IMG/VR virus record: IMGVR_UViG_3300031760_000010
Coordinates: 32,001-96,000 of that record
Strand: one strand, 5' to 3'
DNA: 64,000 bases
Source of the DNA: a virus
Lineage: Duplodnaviria; Caudoviricetes
A model generated the notes under the pieces. It searched no databases, had not been told where the DNA came from, and saw nothing but the letters and a program-made list of their open reading frames with translations. How positions within the stretch are numbered: the first letter of the stretch is position 1; every line of letters begins with the position of its first letter. A program made the translations under genes and the position numbers. This document shows, piece by piece, positions 49,674-58,385 of this stretch.

Positions 49674-49697
49674 TGTCCAAGGTCTAAAAATCGTTTT

Positions 49698-49786
49698 ACT
49701 CCGGTGGCGGAATAGGTAGACGCATTATAGAAAGCCCGGATAGGCAGGTGTATATCCATGCAAGGTGCAAATCCTTACCCGGAGAA
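49698..49786 (+). ncRNA. tRNA-like RNA with Leu-type D arm and non-canonical anticodon region
   Basis: CTCCGG/CCGGAG acceptor, TGGCGGAATAGGTAGACGC D arm, GGTGCAAATCC T arm. Confidence 0.55.
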
Positions 49787-49989
49787 GTGGAGTATGACTC
49801 ATACAGAAGTTATTATTGCTGTCGAAATTAATTTATCAAATAGCTTTTGATATTCAGCTGCTGTTTTTTTCATAACAAACCTAGCCTCCTTAAGATTTCA
49901 TCAGTTTTTCACTTTTATTAAGGATGGGGTCTGTATGAGTCATTCACTCCAAATCATGTATGTAATATTATGTTATTTAAATAATAATA

Positions 49990-50062
49990 CGCCTTGTAGT
50001 TTAAAAAACGGATAAAATACTTTGATCTTGAAGTGACCAGGGTTCAAATCCCTGTAAGGCAT
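49990..50062 (+). ncRNA. Degenerate tRNA-like RNA
   Basis: GCCTTG/TAAGGC acceptor, CAGGGTTCAAATCCCTG T arm, irregular anticodon arm. Confidence 0.5.
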
Positions 50063-50104
50063 TATGCGAAATGATTGCAACATTATCGCAGAGCTTGCAA
50101 AGGA

Positions 50105-50172
50105 ACCCATTTACGTTAGTGGTAGACGACCCATAATTATGGACAGCAGAGGTTCGATTCCTCTAATGGGAA
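50105..50172 (+). ncRNA. tRNA-like RNA lacking a 7-nt anticodon loop
   Basis: CCCATT/AATGGG acceptor, AGAGGTTCGATTCCTCT T arm, CCATAATTATGG palindrome in place of the anticodon arm. Confidence 0.55.
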
Positions 50173-50238
50173 TGGTTGGCAGCCATAATTGCTATAGTAT
50201 CTATTGATACAGTATAAATTAAATATGGAGAAAACAAG

Positions 50239-50877
50239 ATGGAAAAAGTTAGAATGACAGTACATGAAGCGTTGTGTGAAATCAAGGTTGCGGATAATAA
50301 GATTGAGAAGGCAATTGATAATGCTGTTTTTTGTGTAGTCAATAAGGCGAGTAATACCAAAATTAACGGCGCAGATATCAAGGACTTTAATGAGAACGCA
50401 AAAGCATCGTTCCAGAAAGTAACGGATCTAATTCGTCGGACCGAAGCAATTAAAGCTGCTCTTAGCCTAAGTAATGCGGCAACGAGGATTACCGTAGGTG
50501 ATAAGGAAATGTCTGTAGCTGAGGGTATCTATGCAATGCAGCATGGAATGGAGAGCAAGCGAGAGTTGCTGTATGCAATGAATAACCAGTATGCCCAGGC
50601 TTTACAGACTGTACAGTCCAATAACAAAATTGTTGAGGGAGAGCGTTTGGATAAATTTATTGCCAGTACTTTTGGCAATAAGGAAAAAGCAAGCCCTGAA
50701 GATATCCGGGTTGCAACCGAGACGTTTTTGAAACAGCAGAGATATGAGATTGTAGATCCTTTGGATATTAAGAAAAGGATTGATGAACTGCAGGATGAGA
50801 TTGATGAGTTCACTTCTAAGATTGATTCTGCGATTCAGATTAGTAATGCAACCACTTATATCGAGTTTAGTTATTAA
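50239..50877 (+). CDS. Coiled-coil protein (DIP1984/DUF6847-like pattern)
   Basis: MTVHEAL.EIK, IKAALSLSNA.T.I, MSVAEGI, IDSAIQISNATTYIE. Confidence 0.65.
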   Translation: MEKVRMTVHEALCEIKVADNKIEKAIDNAVFCVVNKASNTKINGADIKDFNENAKASFQKVTDLIRRTEAIKAALSLSNAATRITVGDKEMSVAEGIYAMQHGMESKRELLYAMNNQYAQALQTVQSNNKIVEGERLDKFIASTFGNKEKASPEDIRVATETFLKQQRYEIVDPLDIKKRIDELQDEIDEFTSKIDSAIQISNATTYIEFSY

Positions 50878-50902
50878 AACTAATAATATTTATCATACTA
50901 TA

Positions 50903-51229
50903 CCCTTGTATAGCGAAAACCACAAACCATACTTCACTGCACATTTTGGGCATTTTAGGTAGTGTAACAAAACAAAATATAAATGCTCTCCAAGAAAAAA
51001 CATCCTCATGATTAGGATTCTTATTGTTCTATGTACATGCTACGTACATAATTGTGAATATTAAGTATCTTGTATTGAGTAGGAAGTAATGCCTATTTAT
51101 TAATGAGTAACAGTTTTTATTGGATATTTATTAGATGACTAATGGATATTTATTCTGAAATCCATGAGTGATGGTTTTGGGCGTAAGTATAGTTGGCCTG
51201 TGGTAACCCACATGGCTGCTATGCAAGGG
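50903..51229 (+). ncRNA. Putative ~330-nt structured RNA
   Basis: Ends pair (CCCTTGTATAGC/GCTATGCAAGGG); no ORF; ~7-nt periodic core. Confidence 0.5.
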
Positions 51230-51234
51230 AGCAT

Positions 51235-51308
51235 GGTCCCATAGGCAAGTTGGTAAAGCCACAGCCCTTTCAAGGCTGAGACGCTGGGTTCGAATCCCGC
51301 TGGGACTA
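51235..51308 (+). tRNA. tRNA-Glu(TTC)
   Basis: CAGCC-CT-TTC-AA-GGCTG. Confidence 0.85.
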
Positions 51309-51311
51309 TTT

Positions 51312-51396
51312 GCGGTTTTACTCAAGTGGTTAAGAGAGCAGTTTGCTAAACTGCCAGGCCAGAAATGGTGCAAAGGTTCGAATCCTTTAAACCGCG
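51312..51396 (+). tRNA. tRNA-Ser(GCT)
   Basis: GCAGT-TT-GCT-AA-ACTGC. Confidence 0.88.
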
Positions 51397-51535
51397 TAGT
51401 CGCAATGGTGGCCCGCTACGATTTTCGGATCGGTATGACACTGGCAGATACGTCTGCAAAGACTGGCTTATACAGGTTGGTATAAGTCGTGAAAGCTCGC
51501 TGTTTTCGGACAGAATGAGAAAGGCGAGGGTGTTC

Positions 51536-51608
51536 GCGCCATTAGCTCAGTCGGTAGAGCACATGACTTTTAATCATGGTGTCATGGGTTCAATTCCCAT
51601 ATGGCGTA
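51536..51608 (+). tRNA. tRNA-Lys(TTT)
   Basis: CATGA-CT-TTT-AA-TCATG. Confidence 0.92.
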
Positions 51609-51626
51609 GTTAAGGAGGATTAAGGA

Positions 51627-51842
51627 ATGAAAGTGTTGAATAAAAAGAAGATGTCAGAAAATAGCGTGGCCATGATTGTTTGTAACGAAAAAGAAGCTAA
51701 TAATTTTCTTCGTGCAGACCCTTTGCTGAAGAATTCGTTAGTAATTATGGACCAATTGGAAGATGGTGCGGTTTGTGTAATTGAAAAACAAAAATTCATT
51801 GATTTCTTATCCGAGTATGGAGAGATTTGGGCGAAAGAATAA
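51627..51842 (+). CDS. Hypothetical protein
   Basis: AGGAGG RBS. Confidence 0.55.
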   Translation: MKVLNKKKMSENSVAMIVCNEKEANNFLRADPLLKNSLVIMDQLEDGAVCVIEKQKFIDFLSEYGEIWAKE

Positions 51843-51845
51843 AAT

Positions 51846-51916
51846 GGGTTGGTAGTTTAATGGTAGAACAATGGTCTCCAAAACCATAGATCTGGGTTCG
51901 ATTCCTAGCCTTCCTG
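51846..51916 (+). tRNA. tRNA-Trp(CCA)
   Basis: ATGGT-CT-CCA-AA-ACCAT; two U-U mismatches in acceptor stem. Confidence 0.75.
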
Positions 51917-51939
51917 CTTGTTTGAGATAATATATATGC

Positions 51940-52248
51940 GCTCCAGTGGCGGAACGGGAATACGCTGCGGACTTTTCACTTGGCGAACAATAAAGAAAGA
52001 GCCTTACATGGGAAACGATGTAAGTGGAGATGGCTAATTCGGCGAACAGCCAAGAGAACGCCGAGCTAAGTTAAGCAAAAAACTTGCTTATAAATGTGTA
52101 GAGACTATAGACCATCCACCTAAGTCAATATTGATATGGTAAAGACATAGTCCAGACTACAACGCAAATTATTGCGGCCATGGTGACATGGAGTAGTAAG
52201 AAAATCCGTTGACTTTAAGTCATGTGGGTTCGAATCCCACCTGGAGTA
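51940..52248 (+). tRNA. tRNA-Leu(TAA), intron-containing (exons 51940-51974 and 52201-52248)
   Basis: Spliced arm GCGGA-CT-T^AA-AA-TCCGT; acceptor GCTCCAG/CTGGAGT. Confidence 0.88.
51975..52200 (+). mobile_element. Group I intron (226 nt, no ORF) in tRNA-Leu anticodon
   Basis: After U34, ends in G; AATTCGGCGAA / AACGCCGAGCTAAG (P/Q), TGTAGAGACTA (R), AAGACATAGTCC (S). Confidence 0.9.
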
Positions 52249-52279
52249 TTCATATTAAACACAAAGGAGAACAACAGTT

Positions 52280-52819
52280 ATGACTGATGTAAGACTTAAG
52301 ATGTCCCCACCTTGGGTGGTATATGTCAATAAAGTTGAAGCATTGTTTGACGGCGATCCTCAAATCGCATGTAATGTTTATTTGGATGGATCAAAACCTT
52401 CTATTGTTTTGGCTTGCAATAATGGTGATAAGGTAACCGCTCTACAGCGACTTCTACCAGCCGAAGTAGAATTTGGTAATGTTACGCTTACGATTGAAAT
52501 TGATGGAGTACCTTCCAATCGTGCTTTCAAAAACAAGAAAGAACTTTTTGATGTAGCGTTTGAAAAGAATCCGGCATATGCATATGCTGTGTCTCCGGCA
52601 AATGAAGGATATGCATGGTTCGATATTGTTTATGCCGTCTTTAAGAATGTGGTTGTGCAGATGTTCGCGGATAATTTGAACGATTGTCATGGAATTATTA
52701 GCACTCTTTATGAAGATATTGCTAGAGAAATCCTGACTGGCGAGGACGCTCAGGGTGTATATTTCAATACAGATATTGAAGTTGGCAAGCTTGGTAAATC
52801 TTTGGACGAATGGCCGTAA
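52280..52819 (+). CDS. Conserved phage hypothetical protein
   Basis: LKMSPPW, VVQMFADNLND..G..STLYEDIA. Confidence 0.7.
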   Translation: MTDVRLKMSPPWVVYVNKVEALFDGDPQIACNVYLDGSKPSIVLACNNGDKVTALQRLLPAEVEFGNVTLTIEIDGVPSNRAFKNKKELFDVAFEKNPAYAYAVSPANEGYAWFDIVYAVFKNVVVQMFADNLNDCHGIISTLYEDIAREILTGEDAQGVYFNTDIEVGKLGKSLDEWP

Positions 52820-52897
52820 GGTTTGAATACTCGTTTTATTTGAATATTCAGGGCGAACTGTTCAGCCGTCCCTGATAAAACATAACGGCAGAACTTT

Positions 52898-52971
52898 CGG
52901 GATGTAGCGAAGCTTGGAATCGCGCCTGATTTGGGATCAGGAGATCGCAGGTTCAAATCCTGTCATTCCGA
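52898..52971 (+). tRNA. tRNA-Pro(TGG)
   Basis: CCTGA-TT-TGG-GA-TCAGG. Confidence 0.9.
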
Positions 52972-53130
52972 TGAAAGGGTTAAGAGCAAAAATATCACGT
53001 AACCCAGTGACGACCAAAGTTACGGGAATAAGGTTCGATGCGGTGTGTACAGCCAAAACGGAATCCTCAGACGAGTAGAAGTCAGGCCAAAATAGTGAGA
53101 TGTGCGGTTGCGATGACCTTAAGTCGCCCA

Positions 53131-53203
53131 GACCTTATAGCTCAATTGGCAGAGCACTTGGCCGTTAACCAAGGTGTTGTAGGTTCAAGTCCTACTAGGG
53201 TCG
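53131..53203 (+). tRNA. tRNA-Asn(GTT)
   Basis: CTTGG-CC-GTT-AA-CCAAG (C33 instead of U33). Confidence 0.8.
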
Positions 53204-53207
53204 TTAA

Positions 53208-53291
53208 GCCGATGTGGTGGAACTGGCAGACGCTGCAGACTCAAAATCTGTTGCCAGAAATGGCGTGTGGGTTCAAATCCCACCATCGGCA
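53208..53291 (+). tRNA. tRNA-Leu(CAA)
   Basis: GCAGA-CT-CAA-AA-TCTGT. Confidence 0.88.
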
Positions 53292-53419
53292 CTGAGGTCA
53301 TAACTGCAGAATATGGCATCATGGTTCTTTAGAGGATAGCATTGAGGAGTTGTTACAAAAGTGCTGAGGGTGGGACGGATTGATCACCGTGAACAAATGT
53401 GAAGGTATAAAGAACCATC

Positions 53420-53484
53420 AGGACTATGGTGTAACGGGAGCATAGGTTGATCGCCAGGTATTGGTTCAAGTCCAATTGGTCCAA
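53420..53484 (+). ncRNA. tRNA-like RNA with truncated anticodon arm
   Basis: GGACTA/TGGTCC acceptor, TGGTGTAACGGGAGCA D arm, ATTGGTTCAAGTCCAAT T arm. Confidence 0.55.
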
Positions 53485-53528
53485 TTATAAGGTCATGATA
53501 AGTTGTAGAAAGGAGATTGTAATGAAGA

Positions 53529-53729
53529 ATGCAAGAAGAACATAATATTTATTGCATAAAGTGCCGTACAAAACATGCTATAAAACCAGAACAAACATTT
53601 TGGGACGAGCACGGGTATGGTTATTCTACTAAATTATGTAAATGCCCAACTTGCAATAATATTATTATTTTAGAATATTACGAGGACCATGGCCTCGATA
53701 TAAATAAAGACACTCGTTGGTATAACTAA
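53529..53729 (+). CDS. Zn-ribbon small protein
   Basis: CIKC...CPTC. Confidence 0.6.
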   Translation: MQEEHNIYCIKCRTKHAIKPEQTFWDEHGYGYSTKLCKCPTCNNIIILEYYEDHGLDINKDTRWYN

Positions 53730-53755
53730 TAAATTAAAAAGAGGTATAATTAAAA

Positions 53756-54649
53756 ATGGAAACGAATTTGAGACAGGCTGAAGCAAAAGTAAATATTGAA
53801 GGACTGGTGTCTGAAGTAAGTCTTACTGAAGAGATGAACAAAGAGTTGGGATGTAATCAGATTTCTGGTTATCTGACAGTTAAAACTGACGATACTAATT
53901 TCGTGCGTTTTAATGTAAGAGTGAATGAGAAAACAAAAGCAGGAACCGACAACAAAGCGTACCCTGGTATTGTAACGGTTATGAACGAATATCAGAGCAT
54001 TGCTGCTGTAGGTGAAGAAGCCGCTGATAAAGTAAGGATTACTGGTGATCTTAATCTTTATCATTCTGATCAGAATAACCAGGATATGGTTGGATATAAG
54101 AGTAATTTCTTTAACCGGGTGACTGGTGAATATAATCCGCATGCTGAATTCGATGTAGAGATGTTTATTTCTGGTATGACTCCAGAAGTAAATACGGATG
54201 GAGAAGAGACTGGCAGAATTCTTGTAAAGGGTTGGGTACCACAGTATGAGAACGGTATTGAGCCGCTTACACTGGTAGCGCCTGTAGACGTCGCAGATGC
54301 GGTTGAGAGTACATTTGAGCCAGGTCAGACGGTGAGATTTTTTGGCGAAGTGATTAATGATCGAGTAGTTATTAAGAGAGAGATCCCTGTAGCGATTGGC
54401 AAGCCTAAGATTGAAACGCATATTAGTTCGAAGAATGAGCTGAGAATTACTGGTGCATCAGAAGCATATGAGGAGGGTGTCAGCCCCGTAGCGCCTTATG
54501 ATGCGGATACTATTAAAGCAGCAATTCAGGCAAGAAAAGATCGTATTGAAAGCCGTAAGGCTCAGGCCGCAGCTAGAACTGCTGGTGGAAGAACTAATAC
54601 GAAACCAAGTGGTGCCTCCAGAGGTAGAAGCCTCGATCTGGGATTTTAA
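53756..54649 (+). CDS. Putative single-stranded DNA-binding protein (YorF-like position)
   Basis: Beta-rich tandem OB-like pattern, LDLGF tail, first gene of replication module. Confidence 0.55.
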   Translation: METNLRQAEAKVNIEGLVSEVSLTEEMNKELGCNQISGYLTVKTDDTNFVRFNVRVNEKTKAGTDNKAYPGIVTVMNEYQSIAAVGEEAADKVRITGDLNLYHSDQNNQDMVGYKSNFFNRVTGEYNPHAEFDVEMFISGMTPEVNTDGEETGRILVKGWVPQYENGIEPLTLVAPVDVADAVESTFEPGQTVRFFGEVINDRVVIKREIPVAIGKPKIETHISSKNELRITGASEAYEEGVSPVAPYDADTIKAAIQARKDRIESRKAQAAARTAGGRTNTKPSGASRGRSLDLGF

Positions 54650-54665
54650 TTGGAGGTAAGGGATT

Positions 54666-55727
54666 ATGGCAAAAGTAAAAGAAAATCAAGAGGTCGCTCT
54701 AGAAGAAGTAATTGAAGAAGCAAAGAAAAAACCAGTAGCCTTTTCATTGGATGACTTGTTGAATGCGAACGTATCTAGAGTTACTCGCTCTTTGGATAAC
54801 TTTATTGCTTGTTGGTATGGACTTGGTGGGCTTGGAAAAACTCCTGTGGCTGTTGATATGCCAGATTCCTTTTACCTGGCATTTGGTAAATCTGGACTGA
54901 GTGGATTAAATAATGTGCCATTCGTGTCTATTAAATCTTGGTCAGAGTTCTTAAAATTTGTGAAAACAGCATCGGATCCTAAGAATTATGAAGCACTGCA
55001 TTCAAAATATAAAGGTTTCATCCTTGATGAAGTAGAAGTTCTTTATTCTTATTGTGAAAAATATGTAGCAAATAGTGAGGGTGTAAATAAAATCAAGGAA
55101 GGAAATGGCGGTTTCGGTCTATGGGGTGATTTAAAGGCAGAATGGGAATCTGCTATGCTAAAGTTGATTGGTAGCGGGTTTTATGTAATTTTTATTCTAC
55201 ATGCCATAGCTGACGAGGATGGAAGATTCTTCCCTGTTGGAGATAGGAAGCGTATGCTTCCCATTATTCTGAATCATAGTGATGTAATTGGATATGTCAA
55301 AGGGAACGGTGTAGATCCTGATACAGGACGTCCGATTCATTCTTCACTAATGTTGGCGGGGACGGACGAATACTTTGCCAGGACTCGAAATGAATATTTT
55401 GATCCTGTTATTGAAGATTTTACCGCTGAAAATTTGATTCAGGCTTATTATACAGCAATCGATCGGCAGGAACAGGCCGACGGTGTGAAAGCGGTTTCTA
55501 AAGAAGAACGAGATGCAATGTTTGAAACTGAAAAACGGGACTTTGATGATTTAATGAGCGAAGTACAAGAAGTTGGTATGAAAATTGTCCAGAAATATGG
55601 GTCGAAAGAAAAGCTGACTGAAGTTGTTGAATCTGTACTAGGTAAGGGCGCGTTGGTATCTACGTGTACTCCTAAGCAGCAGGAAGCTGTTGAAGTGATT
55701 CTTAATGAACTTAAAGGGTTGTTATAA
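54666..55727 (+). CDS. AAA_24/Sak4-like ATPase (recombinase)
   Basis: Walker A YGLGGLGKT, Walker B FILDE, GFGLWG, IFILH, SDVIGY. Confidence 0.75.
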   Translation: MAKVKENQEVALEEVIEEAKKKPVAFSLDDLLNANVSRVTRSLDNFIACWYGLGGLGKTPVAVDMPDSFYLAFGKSGLSGLNNVPFVSIKSWSEFLKFVKTASDPKNYEALHSKYKGFILDEVEVLYSYCEKYVANSEGVNKIKEGNGGFGLWGDLKAEWESAMLKLIGSGFYVIFILHAIADEDGRFFPVGDRKRMLPIILNHSDVIGYVKGNGVDPDTGRPIHSSLMLAGTDEYFARTRNEYFDPVIEDFTAENLIQAYYTAIDRQEQADGVKAVSKEERDAMFETEKRDFDDLMSEVQEVGMKIVQKYGSKEKLTEVVESVLGKGALVSTCTPKQQEAVEVILNELKGLL

Positions 55728-55729
55728 AA

Positions 55730-56338
55730 ATGTCTAGACCTAAGAAATGTGTGCTCTGTGGGGAGGTTATACTTCCCACAGAGTCTTGCGTACCATATAA
55801 GCATAGATATGCTCATTCAAAATGTTTTAATGATGCGATGCGGACACTCTCAAATGGTAAGAAAAAGCAGTTGCAGACTGCTGCTGAGAGCAAAAAGAAA
55901 AAAATGAATAAACCGCAAGCGCAATTAAAAGAGGGAATGAGCGAGGAAGAATATGCTAAAAAGAAAAAATATTATAATTATTTACAGTCTTTAGTTGAAG
56001 ATGGAGATTTAACGGCAAAGCAGTTTGCTGTATCTGAAAAATATATTGAACGGTATAATTTTAATTTTGAGGGAATGTACAACACGTTAGTATATCTGAA
56101 CGAAATCCTGGAAAAGGATTTAACAGGAGATGTGGTTGGTATAATTCCCTATTATTATAATGAGGCGAATCAGTTTTATGAAGAATTAACTGCTATTGAA
56201 GTTAATAATACAAATATTAATCTGCAAACTTTATATCCAACGAAACACGTATATATTAAGCCTATTAAGAAAAGATTCAAAGAGTTGGATATAGAAGAGA
56301 TAGGAGTAAATAATGATACCATATATGAGAATAATTGA
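55730..56338 (+). CDS. Zn-binding replication-module protein (YorH-like)
   Basis: CVLC...HSKC, VGIIPYYYNEA. Confidence 0.6.
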   Translation: MSRPKKCVLCGEVILPTESCVPYKHRYAHSKCFNDAMRTLSNGKKKQLQTAAESKKKKMNKPQAQLKEGMSEEEYAKKKKYYNYLQSLVEDGDLTAKQFAVSEKYIERYNFNFEGMYNTLVYLNEILEKDLTGDVVGIIPYYYNEANQFYEELTAIEVNNTNINLQTLYPTKHVYIKPIKKRFKELDIEEIGVNNDTIYENN

Positions 56339-56504
56339 TTTTGAAATCTATGTAGCAGACTTTATTGAAGATTTGTCTCCAAAGACAATAGAGGAAATTG
56401 AAGATATAGCTGAAAGTTTGCACAACTCCTTGGAAGTAGGAATTAAAGATTACATCGATGGTGAAGATCGTTTCGATTATGATTATTATGAACCATTGTT
56501 TTAA
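56313..56504 (+). CDS. Small acidic protein
   Basis: AGGAG RBS. Confidence 0.5.
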   Translation: MIPYMRIIDFEIYVADFIEDLSPKTIEEIEDIAESLHNSLEVGIKDYIDGEDRFDYDYYEPLF

Positions 56505-56514
56505 TTGAGGTCAT

Positions 56515-56703
56515 TTGATGTATACAATATGTACAGAATGTATTCATAATAGAGTATGTAAAATGAAAAATGATGTAGATAGAGCGCTGATTCAAATCCA
56601 GAATAATAATTCTGTATCTATATTAGGTATTACAGACTCAGGTATACAAATTAGTGTAAATTGCAGCGAACGAGAGTTGAGGAAAACAAATGGTAGTAAA
56701 TGA
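56515..56703 (+). CDS. Small Cys protein
   Basis: CTECIH..VC. Confidence 0.5.
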   Translation: MMYTICTECIHNRVCKMKNDVDRALIQIQNNNSVSILGITDSGIQISVNCSERELRKTNGSK

Positions 56704-58375
56704 GGGACTGGTAGATAAAAGGGCATATCTCAACGTCATAGGATGCCTTATGCGAGACTCCTCATTGATTGATGATATGGACCACCCTTTGTCAAGGTCT
56801 GATTTTAAAACAGAAGATTTTTACGAATTGCTATTTGTAGCGATTTACAATTTGTATATACAAGGATGTAGTACAATAGATGAATTTGCTATAGATAGTT
56901 ATTTAAGTACTTATAAAAAACAGTATCAAATCTTTCAAGATAATCATGGGTTAGATTATTTAGTGAATGCCAGAGAGATGTCTTCTCTTGATAATTATGA
57001 TTATTTTTATCATAGAATGAGAAAATTCTCTTTGCTGCGATACTATGAAAATAAAGGTGTAGACACTAAGAAGCTGATTTGTGATTGGTCTATTACGGAA
57101 GAAAAACAGGCAGAAATTGAGAAACGGAAATTCGAAGAGTATACAGAATTAGACATAGTTAGCATTATTGAGAATGAGTTGGTGATCACCCCTAAGATGG
57201 ATTATTGTTCAGATTTGTTGTCTGAGAGTATCCAAGCTGGGGATGGTATGCAAGCACTGATTGATGAGTTTTTGGAGACACCTGATTTTGGGTATAATTT
57301 TACCAGTCCTATGTTTAATGCACTATGTAGAGGTGCTAGACGAGGAAAATTTTATTTGCGTTCAGCATCGACAGGAACCGGTAAAAGCCGTAATTTTCTG
57401 ATGGATGCTTGTAATTTTGCTGTGCCATATAAGTGGGATCATAAAAAGAAAGAATTTGTTTTTTCAGGGAGCAATACACCGACTTTATATATAGGTACTG
57501 AGGGAAGTTTGTGTGAATTTCAGACAATTGTATTATCTGCTGTGTCTGGAGTTAATGAAACCCATATTCTTGAGGGAGAATATGATAAAGGTGAATTAGA
57601 ACGAGTCAAACAGGCAGCACAATATATTTCTGAAAGCCCATTGTACTTAGTTTATTGCGATGATTTTAGCATTACCGACATTGAAAATATTGCCAAACGT
57701 TATGTGTTAACATACCAAGTTGATATTTTTATTTTTGACTATCTGCAAAATTCGTTGCGATTGTCTAATGAAATCAATTCAAAATCCAGTATGAGGATGC
57801 AGGAGTGGCAGATTTTATTAATCTTTTCTGCTCGTATGAAGGCATTGGCAGAAAGATTGAACATCGCAATTATTTCTGGTACGCAGCTGTCAGCAGAAGT
57901 GGTAGAAGCCAGATATAAAGATCATACATTACTGCAAGGCAGTAAAGCGGTTGCGAATAAAATCGATGTCGGTTTAATTCTTACTCGACCAAATAAAGCT
58001 GAACAGAAAAAGATCGAGCAACTGACTAAAACTATAATAGGTTGTCCTGAAATCAATTTGTTACAGTGGTGTTATAAAATCCGTCAGGGGAAGTTATCTC
58101 GCATCATTATTTTAAGTAATATTGATTTAGGAACTATGCAGATCAGAGATGTTCTTGTTACTGATTTTGACTTTTCTCAATCAATTCCGATTGATGTAAC
58201 ACGTTCGGAAACGGTTGAAGCAGCCGTAAAAGCTAATAGTATTGGAATTAATACAGTAGATGACCAAAACCCGCAAACAAATGAACAGGTAATTAGTGAT
58301 ACAGAGGATAAGAATACAGAATTGCCTTGGAATAATGATGAAAAGCCTGTAGAAAAAGCAAAGTTGGTATTTTAG
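56690..58375 (+). CDS. DnaB-like replicative helicase
   Basis: SASTGTGKS, YIGTE, FDYLQ, SGTQL, GSKAVANKID, YKIRQG. Confidence 0.88.
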   Translation: MVVNEGLVDKRAYLNVIGCLMRDSSLIDDMDHPLSRSDFKTEDFYELLFVAIYNLYIQGCSTIDEFAIDSYLSTYKKQYQIFQDNHGLDYLVNAREMSSLDNYDYFYHRMRKFSLLRYYENKGVDTKKLICDWSITEEKQAEIEKRKFEEYTELDIVSIIENELVITPKMDYCSDLLSESIQAGDGMQALIDEFLETPDFGYNFTSPMFNALCRGARRGKFYLRSASTGTGKSRNFLMDACNFAVPYKWDHKKKEFVFSGSNTPTLYIGTEGSLCEFQTIVLSAVSGVNETHILEGEYDKGELERVKQAAQYISESPLYLVYCDDFSITDIENIAKRYVLTYQVDIFIFDYLQNSLRLSNEINSKSSMRMQEWQILLIFSARMKALAERLNIAIISGTQLSAEVVEARYKDHTLLQGSKAVANKIDVGLILTRPNKAEQKKIEQLTKTIIGCPEINLLQWCYKIRQGKLSRIIILSNIDLGTMQIRDVLVTDFDFSQSIPIDVTRSETVEAAVKANSIGINTVDDQNPQTNEQVISDTEDKNTELPWNNDEKPVEKAKLVF

Positions 58376-58385
58376 AGGTGAGAGC

